In this document: one piece after another, positions 19,367 to 29,314 of the stretch
Position numbering within the stretch: the first letter of the stretch is position 1
Layout: every line of letters starts with the position of its first letter
NCBI GenBank assembly: GCA_000496215.1
Contig: KI543202.1
Coordinates: 1-38,378, forward strand
DNA length: 38,378 nt
Origin: an uncultured archaeon A07HN63
GTDB taxonomy: Archaea > Halobacteriota > Halobacteria > Halobacteriales > Haloferacaceae
Direction of reading: 5' to 3'
The notes under the pieces: model-generated
Databases searched by the model: none
Told to the model about the DNA's origin: nothing
The model's input: only the letters and a program-made list of their open reading frames with translations
Translations under genes and position numbers: made by a program

Positions 19367-19428
19367 CAGTCACCACCTCCATGGTACGTCCCAGTCGGTG
19401 CGCGATTCGGGTTTTCAGTGTTGAACAT
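19366..19428 (-). CDS. 20-aa upstream ORF coupled (TGATG) to the 58-aa ORF
   Basis: MFNTENPNRAPTGTYHGGGD; stop overlaps next start. Confidence 0.35.
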   Translation of the reverse strand: MFNTENPNRAPTGTYHGGGD

Positions 19429-19577
19429 AGTTTGACACACGCCTCTGACCCGTTCGTGGGCCGTGGGCGTTATGCGATACAAATTGGCGATCAGTCATAA
19501 AAACCGGGGTAAAATTATCTGTTTCGATAATAGAACTCGGCTATCGAAGCGTCGACCGCGCCGCACGATGTTGGACG

Positions 19578-20591
19578 TTACTGTGCACTCCGCGCGACAG
19601 TCGTGAGCTCGTCGCGGTCGTGGGGAGCATCGAACGCAAGCTCCGGCCCTTCGGCGATGATGCCGTGCGGTGTCACATCCGGATGGGTCGTGTAGTAGTG
19701 TTCTTTGATGTGGTCGATATCGACCGTCTCGGCGACACCGGGCTGCTGGTACACGTCACGGAGGTACGGCCAGAGGTTGTCGTACTGGTGGATATACTGC
19801 ACGTTACACATGAAGTGGGTGTGGTAGACGTGATCGAACCGAATGAGGGTGGTGAACATGCAGATATCGGCCTCGGTAAGCTGGTCGCCGGCGAGGAACC
19901 GCTGATCGGCCAGCACCTCGTTCCAGTGATCAAGTGCGTCGAAGAGTTCGGTGACGGCCGCGTCGTACGGCTCCTGTTCGGTCGCAAACCCGGCCTTGTA
20001 GACGCCGTTGTTGATCGGCTCGTAGATGTCGGTGATGATCTCGTCGATCTCCTCGCGGTTCGATTCGGGCGCGAGGTCGATATCCCGCTCGGCGATCTCG
20101 CGGAACCCGGTCGTCAGCATCCGGATGATCTCGCGGGACTCGTTGTTGACGATGGTCTCCTCTTTCGTGTCCCACAGCACCGGCACCGTCACGCGACAGG
20201 TCGCGTCGGGGTCGGCCGCCGCGTAGAGTTCGCGGAGATAGTCGCTGTCGTGGAGTTTGTCCGGCGTGCAGCCCGCCTTCTCGGGGGTGAACTGCCAGCC
20301 GTCGTCGCCGCGGTAGGGGTCGACCACGGAGACGCCGATAGCGTCCTCCAGCCCCATCAGCGCACGCACCAGCAGGGTGCGGTGGGCCCACGGACAGGCA
20401 TACGAGACGTAGAGATGATAGCGGCCGGCTTCGGCCTCGAATCGCTCGTCCGGTTCGGCGTCGACGTGAGCGGGCACGTCGCTGCCGGCAATCCAGTTCC
20501 GGAACGGGGTCGTTTGCCGCTCGAAGGCCCCGTCGTCGTTTGTTGTCTGAAACGTATCGGTTCGCCACTCGCCGTCGACGAGCATGTTCAT
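19578..20591 (-). CDS. Xi-class glutathione S-transferase / glutathionyl-hydroquinone reductase
   Basis: [43 protein letters not shown]; ATG 20591 (MNMLVDGEW). Confidence 0.93.
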   Translation of the reverse strand: MNMLVDGEWRTDTFQTTNDDGAFERQTTPFRNWIAGSDVPAHVDAEPDERFEAEAGRYHLYVSYACPWAHRTLLVRALMGLEDAIGVSVVDPYRGDDGWQFTPEKAGCTPDKLHDSDYLRELYAAADPDATCRVTVPVLWDTKEETIVNNESREIIRMLTTGFREIAERDIDLAPESNREEIDEIITDIYEPINNGVYKAGFATEQEPYDAAVTELFDALDHWNEVLADQRFLAGDQLTEADICMFTTLIRFDHVYHTHFMCNVQYIHQYDNLWPYLRDVYQQPGVAETVDIDHIKEHYYTTHPDVTPHGIIAEGPELAFDAPHDRDELTTVARSAQ

Positions 20592-20680
20592 TGGTACTAT
20601 AGAATGGGGTTGGACGGGCAAAAGCGTTCGCTGCGGGTGCGCTCGCACAGTCCAACCGGGGATGACCGTTACTGCTCGCT

Positions 20681-20774
20681 TGACAGAACTACAGCTACCA
20701 GAGCGACGGCTGATAGTGCGACAGCTGACAGAGCGATGGTTGACAGAGCGACGGCTCATAGAGCAACGGCTGAC
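20681..20774. repeat. Six degenerate 15-bp tandem repeats, consensus TGACAGAGCGACGGC
   Basis: Units at 20681, 20696, 20711, 20726, 20741 and 20756, plus a partial at 20771. Confidence 0.85.
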
Positions 20775-20787
20775 CACAAGCCTATTG

Positions 20788-20815
20788 TACCACTTGCCGA
20801 TATCACTAGGTGGTA
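20788..20815. promoter_or_regulatory. 28-bp interrupted palindrome over the thi4 start (candidate ThiR operator)
   Basis: TACCAC-N5-GATATC-N5-GTGGTA, symmetric about 20801/20802; last base is the A of ATG. Confidence 0.5.
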
Positions 20816-21750
20816 TGTCCGAATCAGAGTTCAGCGGTTTCAGCAACGCCGGCGAGGCGGAGGTAACGCGCGCAATCACCGAGGAGTTCAGCGACGAGTT
20901 CATGGATTTCACCGAGAGCGACGTGATCATCGTCGGCGGCGGCCCCTCCGGGCTGATGGCCGCGAAGGAACTCGCCGAGCAGGATGTCAAGGTGATGGTT
21001 GTCGAGAAGAACAACTATCTCGGCGGCGGCTTCTGGCTCGGCGGCTTCCTGATGAACACGCTCACCGTCCGCGAGCCAGCCGACGAGGTACTCGACGAAC
21101 TCGACGTGCCGCATCAGGAAAGCGAGGAGGTCGACGGCCTTCACACCGCAAAAGGCCCACACGCCTGTTCCTCGCTGATCAAAGCCGCCTGTGACGCGGG
21201 CGCGAAGATCCAGAACATGACCGAGTTCACGGACATCGTCGTCCGCGAGAACCACCGCGTTGCCGGTATCGTCATGAACTGGACGCCGGTTCACGCGCTG
21301 CCGCGAGAGCTCACCTGTGTCGATCCCATCGCCGTCGAGAGCGATCTCGTCATCGACGCCACCGGTCACGAGGCCGTCGTCGTCTCGAAACTCGAAGAGC
21401 GCGGCGTTCTCGACGCACCCGGTATCGAACACGCCAACGAGAACAACACCGAGATGGATCAGTCGGCCGAGGGCGAGTACGGCGCGCCCGGCCACGACTC
21501 GCCCGGCCACGACTCGATGTGGGTCACCGAAAGCGAGGATGTCGTCGTCGAGGAGACCGGCAAGGTCCACGACGGCGTGATCGCCGCCGGCCTTGCGACG
21601 GCGACGACGCACGGCCTCCCGCGGATGGGACCGACCTTCGGCGCGATGCTGCTGTCCGGCAAGCGCGCCGCCTCGGCTGCCCTCGACGAACTCGGCGAGG
21701 ACGGCGCCGCCGTCGACTTCTCCGGCGAGCCAACGCCCGCCGACGACTGA
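20815..21750 (+). CDS. thi4: Thiazole synthase Thi4 (Cys-containing type)
   Basis: [25 protein letters not shown] and [14 protein letters not shown] motifs. Confidence 0.95.
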   Translation: MSESEFSGFSNAGEAEVTRAITEEFSDEFMDFTESDVIIVGGGPSGLMAAKELAEQDVKVMVVEKNNYLGGGFWLGGFLMNTLTVREPADEVLDELDVPHQESEEVDGLHTAKGPHACSSLIKAACDAGAKIQNMTEFTDIVVRENHRVAGIVMNWTPVHALPRELTCVDPIAVESDLVIDATGHEAVVVSKLEERGVLDAPGIEHANENNTEMDQSAEGEYGAPGHDSPGHDSMWVTESEDVVVEETGKVHDGVIAAGLATATTHGLPRMGPTFGAMLLSGKRAASAALDELGEDGAAVDFSGEPTPADD

Positions 21751-21814
21751 GTGTTGTCGCTACTGAGCGTCGGTGGCCGGGGACTCGCCGACGCGCTCGA
21801 AAACGCCCTTTTAC

Positions 21815-22723
21815 TCAGACGACATCGCGGACGACTGTAGCGACCGCTGGCGCGTCCGGCCCGAGGATGTACGAGATCGGTTCGATCCCGAAGCCACCGG
21901 TCTGATAGAGGACAAATGTCTCGGTCAGATCGGCGTCGGCGAGGGCCTCGCTGATGGTCGCCTCCAGTTCCTCGCTGGCCTCGGAGTCGAACTCGACGGT
22001 GCTGTAGCCCGCGGCCGCGAGGTCCTCGATCAGGCTCTCGTCGTAGGCGATGTTGAGGCCGGCTCGCACGTCGACGCCGTGCTCGCGGGTCGCCAGCAAC
22101 ACCGACGCGGCGTGTTCGCTGACGCCGAACTCTGGTTCGGCGGGGACCGTCGCACGGCCCTTGATGTCGAAAATGCGCCCGGGAACGCCGGCCACGTCGT
22201 CGACGGTCGTCGCCTCCGGAAGACACTCGACGAGATTCGAGCCGACGTTTGGAATCAGCGTCGCAAACCCGCTCATGCTCGTCAGCGTTCGTAGCCCGCG
22301 GCGGACCGACGAGCGGACCTGTTCCGTCTGTCGGATGTGGCTGTCGGGGTCGTGAACGGAGACATCGATATCGGCCTCGGCGAGTGCCGGCATGGCGTCC
22401 TCGTGGAGGTCTGCGAGCAGATCACCGTCTTCGAGTTGGCGGATCAACACCTCGATTTCGACCAGCGCCTGCACGCGGCTCATGTCACCGGTCGCCAGCC
22501 CGTCGGCGACGCGCTCGACGAGTTCGACGACGCGGTCGTCGTCAGCGATGGCCTCGTTGTGAGCGACCTCGCCGTGGGCGTACTTCGAGACGGCCGACTG
22601 GCTGATACCCAGCCCGTCGGCGACCTCGCGCTGGGTGAGCCCGCGGTCCCGAAGGGACTCGGCCAGCAGCGACCGAACCGTCGGCAGGAACTCCTCGACG
22701 ACCAGTTCTTCGATGAATTTCAT
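21815..22723 (-). CDS. thiR: ThiR-type repressor (XRE HTH plus ThiN domain)
   Basis: LTQREVADGLGISQSAVSKY HTH; IPNVGSNLV, VPGRI, PEFGVSEH and GGFGIEP ThiN-like motifs. Confidence 0.85.
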   Translation of the reverse strand: MKFIEELVVEEFLPTVRSLLAESLRDRGLTQREVADGLGISQSAVSKYAHGEVAHNEAIADDDRVVELVERVADGLATGDMSRVQALVEIEVLIRQLEDGDLLADLHEDAMPALAEADIDVSVHDPDSHIRQTEQVRSSVRRGLRTLTSMSGFATLIPNVGSNLVECLPEATTVDDVAGVPGRIFDIKGRATVPAEPEFGVSEHAASVLLATREHGVDVRAGLNIAYDESLIEDLAAAGYSTVEFDSEASEELEATISEALADADLTETFVLYQTGGFGIEPISYILGPDAPAVATVVRDVV

Positions 22724-22780
22724 ACCCGTGCTGCTAGTGGGAATCGTTATCAGTGTCGTGGTTCGGGACGCTCGGCACGC

Positions 22781-24802
22781 CTACGATTCGAACTCGGGGT
22801 CGTCCTGAATCTTCGAGGACTTCGGGCCGTCCTGATCCTGATACTTCGAGTCACGCTCGCTGCCGTAGGGCCGGGTCGATTCGGATCTGAGCTCGGTGAA
22901 GACGAGCTGTGAGACTCTCATTCCCGGTGAAAGCGCGACCGGCGCGGCCCCGAGATTCGAGAGTTCGAGGGTGATCTGCCCCCGGTACCCCGGGTCGACG
23001 AAGCCGGCCGTATTCGAGAGGAAGACGCCGCCGCGGCCGCCAAGGAAGTTCTCGATAACCCGGCCACGGGGCTGGACTTCGAGGTCGTAGGTCGGTTCGA
23101 CGCGGTCGGTTTTCTCCACCGAGGCCACCCGGTCGAAGACGATGTCACCATCGAGGAGGTCATCGAGCCGGGACGTGTCGACGCCGGCGTCTGCGTAGAC
23201 CTCACGGAAGCGGTCGAGCGTCTCGCGTTTGACCGAGTCGTACTCACGGTTCTCGACGTTCGAGATGCTCGATTTCGAGCTATACCCCATCGCGTCGGCC
23301 GCTTCGCCCATCGTGAGGCCGGCCTCGTTTCGGTGCTCCCGGAGCAACGCACTCGGCGTCGGGACGTACTGGCCGCGTTTGTGGGCGTTCGTCGAAAAGT
23401 CGACACACCACTCGGTCATCTCGTTGTGACAGTCGCTCGGTTCGATGTACATCTCGCGGTCGCGGCTGTACATCGAGGTGTTGTAGCCGAGCCGCGTGCC
23501 GAGATAGGCGGCGCGATCCGCTAGTTCGGCGTTGGCCGTATAGAGGGTATCCCGATTCTCGCGTCGACTGCCGTCACCGTCAATCAGCCCTTCGTAAAGC
23601 GCTTCGAGAACGGGCGTCGGCCAGTCCCACGCGGCCTCGGGGATGGTCTTCTCGCCTCCGCTGCCGCAGAGGTCGCGGACGACTGCTGACCAGAGGGCCG
23701 AACAGACGGTGACAGCGGTCACACCGTCTTCTCGTTCGTCCCACGACAGCGAGGCGTCCCACGACTCGAAGAAGTCGGCAAACCGCTCGACGTACGCCTC
23801 GGTCTGGTTGTTGACGACGACCTGTTTTCGACGAGCGTACCCCTCGGCGATGTAGAAGCCGAGACACCAGCCGAATGCTTCAGTGACCGGGAGGTGGCGG
23901 GGGAGCCGGAGCGTACTCTGTTTGAATGCGACATCGAGGTCGTCGGGTGCGGCCGTCGGCGTGACCGCAGTGGCCGGCGCGCTGGACTGTTGTTGGTAGT
24001 GATCTTCCGACCCCTGCGGAACCGACTCCCAGTCGACCGCACCGAGGCCGTCGGACGCGTAGACGGTGAGTTCGTCGCTGTCGAGGCGGTCAAGGAGATC
24101 AATCGTCGGCGTTTCCGTCTCGGCATCGGGGAGTTCGCCGGGGGTCATCACGAGTTCGCCCTCGGCGGCCTCGCTCTCGATCCGCGTGACGCCGCCGTGT
24201 TCGTCAAGCGTAAACAGGTTGTGGTCCCGCGTCACAAGCACCTCGCGGCCGGATTCGAGTTCGACGCGGTAGATACGTTTCGTCGGGTTCTCGATATAGT
24301 CGGAGACGCGATGCGTGCTGACGCGCAGGCTTTTCGGGTCGAACGACACGGCGTGTGCGGGCTGTTCGTTCTCGACGATCTCGCCGATCTCGTAGAACCC
24401 GAAGCCGTCGGCCGGCGTCCAGAGGAACACCTCCTCCTCGTACGGCAGCGACGCGTGCACCACAACCGCAAGACGGCCCAGCGATGAGCGGCCCTCGACG
24501 GTGGCAACGAGATCCGAGGGAATCTCGACGCGCTCCTTCGTCGTGCCAAGGACGAAATCACCAGGATGGAGGATGAACTCGTCGCCCTCTTCGACGTAGG
24601 TTTCCCGGACGTACTCGTCGACCTCCTCGGCGCGGTTCGGATGGATACAGGGGATGTTGGTGCGCTGGAATTCGAGGAACTCAGACCCGAGCCGCATGTC
24701 GATACTGGCCGGCTGGACCTGTGTGTCGAGGTCCTCGATGGGGTCGACGACGAGGTCGCCGTCGCCGAGTCGGTCGAGGAGGTCGGTATCCGAGAGGATC
24801 AT
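22781..24802 (-). CDS. dcd: dCTP deaminase precursor containing an intein (mature about 193 aa)
   Basis: [19 protein letters not shown]...VHA / [17 protein letters not shown]...SKYQDQ, split by a 480-aa insertion. Confidence 0.93.
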   Translation of the reverse strand: MILSDTDLLDRLGDGDLVVDPIEDLDTQVQPASIDMRLGSEFLEFQRTNIPCIHPNRAEEVDEYVRETYVEEGDEFILHPGDFVLGTTKERVEIPSDLVATVEGRSSLGRLAVVVHASLPYEEEVFLWTPADGFGFYEIGEIVENEQPAHAVSFDPKSLRVSTHRVSDYIENPTKRIYRVELESGREVLVTRDHNLFTLDEHGGVTRIESEAAEGELVMTPGELPDAETETPTIDLLDRLDSDELTVYASDGLGAVDWESVPQGSEDHYQQQSSAPATAVTPTAAPDDLDVAFKQSTLRLPRHLPVTEAFGWCLGFYIAEGYARRKQVVVNNQTEAYVERFADFFESWDASLSWDEREDGVTAVTVCSALWSAVVRDLCGSGGEKTIPEAAWDWPTPVLEALYEGLIDGDGSRRENRDTLYTANAELADRAAYLGTRLGYNTSMYSRDREMYIEPSDCHNEMTEWCVDFSTNAHKRGQYVPTPSALLREHRNEAGLTMGEAADAMGYSSKSSISNVENREYDSVKRETLDRFREVYADAGVDTSRLDDLLDGDIVFDRVASVEKTDRVEPTYDLEVQPRGRVIENFLGGRGGVFLSNTAGFVDPGYRGQITLELSNLGAAPVALSPGMRVSQLVFTELRSESTRPYGSERDSKYQDQDGPKSSKIQDDPEFES
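23012..24451 (-). mobile_element. Intein with LAGLIDADG homing endonuclease and XRE-type HTH
   Basis: Block A SLPYEEEV, block [17 protein letters not shown] and YEGLIDGDG, block F TYDLEV, terminal SN then Thr+1. Confidence 0.92.
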
Positions 24803-24910
24803 GCCTCTCAGAGTGCGGGCAGTCGGCTAAAAACCAGCGCAATCTCGCTGGCGAGTAGCGCTCCCGGTTCCGATCCACACCCTCTTGCCGACGCCATGGC
24901 AACACCGGGT

Positions 24911-25249
24911 ATGAAACAGGTCATCGCCGCCCGAACCGATCTCGGCATGGGCAAAGGCAAGCTCGCCGCACAGGTCGCCCACGCCTCGCTGTCGGCCTAC
25001 GAGGACGCCGGCCGGAAAGCACAGAAAGCGTGGAAGGGCGACGGACAGAAGAAGATCGTCGTCAAGGTCGACGGCGAGTCGGCGCTCTTCGAACTCGCCG
25101 AGAAAGCCCGCGTCGAGGGGCTGCCGAACGCGGTGATCCGGGATGCCGGCCACACACAACTCGATTCGGGAACCGCGACGACGCTGGCCGTCGGTCCCGG
25201 CGATCCGTCGCTGGTCGACAAGGTGACCGGCGATCTGTCGCTGTACTGA
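24911..25249 (+). CDS. pth2: Peptidyl-tRNA hydrolase Pth2
   Basis: [36 protein letters not shown]. Confidence 0.95.
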   Translation: MKQVIAARTDLGMGKGKLAAQVAHASLSAYEDAGRKAQKAWKGDGQKKIVVKVDGESALFELAEKARVEGLPNAVIRDAGHTQLDSGTATTLAVGPGDPSLVDKVTGDLSLY

Positions 25250-25317
25250 GCGACTCGAGTCTGGATTGTCGAGCCGACTAGTAACTATCATACCGTCGCC
25301 AGCCCCTACAGTCGGGT

Positions 25318-25935
25318 GTGACTACGTGGGTCGAAACGCCGGAGGGTGGTCGTCGCCGCGGACCGCGCGGAATCGTCCGCGCGTTGGTGGAGGTACTCGT
25401 CCGCCCGCGACAGTTCTTCGCAAACGGCGTCGCACCGGGCGATCAGGCTCCCGGCCTCGCCTTCGCCGTCGTCGTCGCCGTCGCTCACGTCGTTGGGCTG
25501 CTCGCCGTCCAGCCTGCGACCGTGCTGGGGTCGGCAGTCGTGCCGGTCCTCGGCGATAGCACCGCGCTGACGACGGTCCTGCTGCTGCTCGTGACGGCTG
25601 TCGTCGTCGCACCGGCCGGACTTCACCTGGCCGCGGCGATTCAGACGGTGACGTTGTTGCTGACCGTCGACGACCGCGCCGGTGTCAGCGAAACCGTGCA
25701 GGTCGTGGGGTATGCGACCGCGCCCTGTGCGCTGGCGTGGGTACCGCTCCCGGGCATGGCTGTCGCGTGCTGTCTCTACGGGGCCGGATTGCTCGTCGTC
25801 GGGCTCGGTGTTGTGCATCGAACAACACTCCCACGGGCGGTGGTGGCGGCCGCGCTGCCGGCGGCGCTGGTGTTCGGGGTCGCCTACCGCGGGCTGTGGG
25901 CGTGGGGGTCGCTCACGGCCGGCGTGGCGGGGTGA
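25318..25935 (+). CDS. YIP1-family membrane protein
   Basis: GTG start; VLVRPRQFF; multiple TM segments; ETVQVVGYATAP. Confidence 0.75.
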   Translation: MTTWVETPEGGRRRGPRGIVRALVEVLVRPRQFFANGVAPGDQAPGLAFAVVVAVAHVVGLLAVQPATVLGSAVVPVLGDSTALTTVLLLLVTAVVVAPAGLHLAAAIQTVTLLLTVDDRAGVSETVQVVGYATAPCALAWVPLPGMAVACCLYGAGLLVVGLGVVHRTTLPRAVVAAALPAALVFGVAYRGLWAWGSLTAGVAG

Positions 25936-26013
25936 GTGGGCGGCAGCCGGGAGGGGAAACCGATAGCGACGTTTCGACAATCGTTAAAGGGTGGCCCTCT
26001 ATTTCTGTTGCAA

Positions 26014-28407
26014 ATGGGTTCGTGTATCATCTGTAGCACTCCTGTCGACGATGGCCACGTGTGCCAGAGTCACCAGGAGGACGTCCTTTTCGAGTTCCGC
26101 GGCGACCACGCATCGCAGCTCGTCTCCGACCGCTTCTACAAGGGCACCGTCGACGGCTACGCCGATTTCGGCGTCTTCATCGACATCGCCCCCGGTGTGA
26201 CCGGTCTGCTCCACCGCAGCGAGCTCGACCGCCGGCTCGACAGTCTCGACTGGGAGCCGGGCGATACCGTCTGTGTTCGCGTCAACAACGTGCGTGACAA
26301 CGGCGATATCGACCTCGGCAAGTCGATCCGGCAGTCAGATCGCGAGTTCCGCGGGAACGTTATCCTCGATGGAACCGAGGAGAAACTTCCCGAGGAAGTC
26401 GACGACAACAGCGAGGCCGCTGACGCTGAGACGGGCGACGCTGCGGCCGCCGACACCAGCAGTGGTGCGGTCAGCGTGACCCAGCCCGACACGTCTGGCG
26501 GGCACGGTGCCGACGCGGGCGAGGCGTCGACCGACGCCGACGACGAATCGGGTGAGCCAGACGAGGGCGCCGCGACCGGAGCCGACGAGGGAAATGAGCA
26601 CAGCGGCGAGGCCGACGCTGTCGAGAGCGACGCCGAGCCCGATACCGGAGCGGTCGAACAGGAGGCGGCTGAGGCGGTCGAACAGGAGACAGCCGAGGCG
26701 TCAGCGGCCGGCGACACGACAGCGGCTGACGACGGTGTAGCGGCCAGCGACACAGCAGCGGCTAGCGACACCGGGGCCGTAGCCGCCGCGGACGCGGAGA
26801 CGACCGACAGCACAGCCGACGGCGACGTAGTGGCTGCCGATGCCACCGAGAGTGCTGCGGACGCGGATGCCGACACCAACGGCGCGGGGACCGTCGCCGT
26901 TGGCGAGGGCGAAGTTGAGTACGAGTTGGCGAAAGCCGACGCGCTCGGCGACCAGCACGGCGAGGCAGTCCGGCTCGAGGGCGAGGTCGTCAGCGTCCGG
27001 CAGACCGGCGGCCCGACCGTCTTCGAACTCCGCGACGAGACCGGTGTGATCGACTGTGCAGCCTTCGTCGAGGCCGGCGTCCGCGCCTACCCCGACATCG
27101 AGGTTGGCGACATCGTTCGCCTCGACGGCGAGGTCGAGGAACGCCGCGGCGAACTGCAGGTCGAAACAGCCGACCTCGTCGCGCTCGACGGTGACGACGA
27201 GGCGGCTGTCACCGACCGACTGGCCGACGCACTCACCGACCGCGCCCGGCCCGACAGCGTCGACCCCATCGGCGACCACGAGACGGTCGCCGGGATGAGC
27301 GAATCACTGCTGGATGTCGCCGAGGCGATCCGGCGGGCCGTGCTGGAATCCCGGCCGGTCGTCATCCGCCATCCCGCGACCGCCGCTGGCTACGTCGCCG
27401 GTGCGGCCATCGAGCGCGCCGTCCTCCCGCTGGTTCGTGAGGAACACGCGCGCTCTGACGCCGAGTACCACTACATCGTCCGCCGGCCGCTGGAGAACGC
27501 GGTCTACGACATGGACGACGCGACCAACGACGCCACCCAGATGCTACAGGACCGGGACCGCCACGACGAGAAACTCCCGTTGTTCTGTTTCGTCGGCGCG
27601 GGCTCGACGGCTGACTCGGTCGACGGCCTCGGCCTGCTGGGCGTCTACGGGGCCAAACGGATCGTGCTCGACAGCGTCGCCGCCGACCCGGAGATCGACG
27701 ATGTGGCCGAGCAGGTCGTCACCGGCGACGCGGGCGACCTTTCGGTCGGCGCGCTGACGGCAACGCTGGCGGCCGCGCTCAACTCCGACGTGAGCGACGA
27801 CATGCAGCACCTCCCGGCGATCAGCTACTGGGAGAGCACTCCCGAGGCCTACACCGAGGCCGCCGAAGACGCCGGCTACGACGCCGAGCAGGTCCGACAC
27901 CTTCGTGAGGCCATCGCCCTCGAAGCGTACTACCAGTCCTATCAGGACAAACGCGAGCTGATTACTGACCTCTTGTTCGACGACGCCGGCGGGCTGGCCG
28001 GTCACATCGCCGAGCAGTTCCGCGAGAAGCTCGATACCGAACTGGAGACGGCGAAAGCCAATCTCGACCGACAGGAGCGCGACGGTGTCGGAGTGGCGGT
28101 GCTGGATACCGAGCAGTTCACCCACCAGTACGACTTCCCGCCGACAACACTGCTGCTCGACGAACTCCACTTCGTCGAACGCGAGGGTGAGGCGTTCCTG
28201 ACTGTCGGCGTCGGTACAGACGAGCTCTACCTTCGCAGTACCGACGACCTCGACGTCCGCGCGGTCGCCGAGACCGCCGCCGAGCACGCACCCGAAGCCG
28301 ACGTGACCGCCCGTGGGATTCGCGAGGGCCGCATCGAGTTCCTCGCCGGGCGACGCGAGGCGGTGCAGGACGCTGTGCTTGCGGCAGCCGTTGATCAACT
28401 CGAATAA
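26014..28407 (+). CDS. RecJ-like DHH-family protein with S1 and OB domains, acidic linker and degenerate catalytic motifs
   Basis: MGSCIIC...C zinc site, S1 (DFGVFI...GLLHRSE), OB (QTGGPTVFELRDETG), RPVVIRH region. Confidence 0.8.
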   Translation: MGSCIICSTPVDDGHVCQSHQEDVLFEFRGDHASQLVSDRFYKGTVDGYADFGVFIDIAPGVTGLLHRSELDRRLDSLDWEPGDTVCVRVNNVRDNGDIDLGKSIRQSDREFRGNVILDGTEEKLPEEVDDNSEAADAETGDAAAADTSSGAVSVTQPDTSGGHGADAGEASTDADDESGEPDEGAATGADEGNEHSGEADAVESDAEPDTGAVEQEAAEAVEQETAEASAAGDTTAADDGVAASDTAAASDTGAVAAADAETTDSTADGDVVAADATESAADADADTNGAGTVAVGEGEVEYELAKADALGDQHGEAVRLEGEVVSVRQTGGPTVFELRDETGVIDCAAFVEAGVRAYPDIEVGDIVRLDGEVEERRGELQVETADLVALDGDDEAAVTDRLADALTDRARPDSVDPIGDHETVAGMSESLLDVAEAIRRAVLESRPVVIRHPATAAGYVAGAAIERAVLPLVREEHARSDAEYHYIVRRPLENAVYDMDDATNDATQMLQDRDRHDEKLPLFCFVGAGSTADSVDGLGLLGVYGAKRIVLDSVAADPEIDDVAEQVVTGDAGDLSVGALTATLAAALNSDVSDDMQHLPAISYWESTPEAYTEAAEDAGYDAEQVRHLREAIALEAYYQSYQDKRELITDLLFDDAGGLAGHIAEQFREKLDTELETAKANLDRQERDGVGVAVLDTEQFTHQYDFPPTTLLLDELHFVEREGEAFLTVGVGTDELYLRSTDDLDVRAVAETAAEHAPEADVTARGIREGRIEFLAGRREAVQDAVLAAAVDQLE

Positions 28408-28460
28408 TCTTCGAGACACGGTACTCGCAGTTGTCTGGTCGCACTATATGCAAATATATG

Positions 28461-28483
28461 TGCTGTAGCGCGGTGCTACAGCA
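28461..28483. other. Perfect 9-bp-stem hairpin (terminator- or REP-like)
   Basis: TGCTGTAGC-GCGGT-GCTACAGCA at the left edge of an AT-rich patch. Confidence 0.45.
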
Positions 28484-28594
28484 AGAATTCGGCCTCGACA
28501 GAGAGAATGACAACGTAATGCATACATTTATATGTTTAACCCCAGTTATTCTATACGATAACAGCGCCGCCAGATCATAGCGTGGAGTTAGCCC

Positions 28595-29211
28595 ATGTTC
28601 AACACACAGTCCCGCTCGCAAGTGGGGATTGGAACCCTCATCGTGTTCATCGCGATGGTGCTCGTCGCGGCGATAGCGTCGGGTGTGTTGATCCAGACAG
28701 CCGGGTTGCTCCAGTCGCAAGCCCAGCAGACCGGGCAGGAAACGACCTCCGAGGTCAGTGATCTGCTTCAGATCGATAATGTTGTTGGGTACGAAGCAAA
28801 CAGTAAGCTGAGCACAAGCCAGATTAATAGCCTCTCTGACACCGAAAACAACACCATCACGCACCTCAACGTTAGTTTGAGTCTTGCGTCCGGCTCTGAC
28901 CCGGTCAATCTGAGTTCGGCGTCGTACGCGATGGAATCAAGAGGCTCTGCAACATTTGTAAATGGTAACCCGAACGAGCAGGACGGAATAACGTTTTACC
29001 GGAAGCAAAGCCTGAAACCAGACACAGATATCCTGTCCGAGCAGAGTGATGTGATGATTGTCGGGTTCAATTTAACAAGATATCAGGAGTCACACCGCTC
29101 GAAGAAAACGGGAAGCTGGAGATATTTGTGAATTCTCCTGCCGGAGCACAGTCGACAGAAACAGTCGATGTGCCAAATAGAATCAAAGAAGGAGAATCAT
29201 ACATCTTCTGA
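28595..29211 (+). pseudogene. Archaellin (archaeal flagellin) with an apparent 1-nt frameshift near 29077
   Basis: Class III signal RS^[39 protein letters not shown]; second frame gives [43 protein letters not shown], stop 29211. Confidence 0.85.
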
Positions 29212-29314
29212 TAATTCTTCCACATAGCTACCAGCGTTAGGTAGTATTGCTATACCACTGCGAGATCGACAGCCGTAACGACACCCCTTTTTCTCGTCGT
29301 CCTGTCCTCACGGT

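Noticed and set aside
20681-20774. 15-bp repeats as a CRISPR array
   Set aside because: Units are directly adjacent with no unique spacers, are too short and degenerate, and no cas genes are present.
19578-21750. Apparent head-to-head overlap of the GST (to 21014) and thi4 (from 20584) ORFs
   Set aside because: Artefact of longest-ORF calling; homology-consistent starts are 20591 and 20815.
26400-26900. Acidic linker of the RecJ-like protein as a second intein
   Set aside because: Low-complexity sequence with no splicing blocks.
28118-28864. 248-aa minus-strand ORF across the RecJ-like/archaellin junction
   Set aside because: Overlaps two real genes in antisense and has non-halophilic composition.
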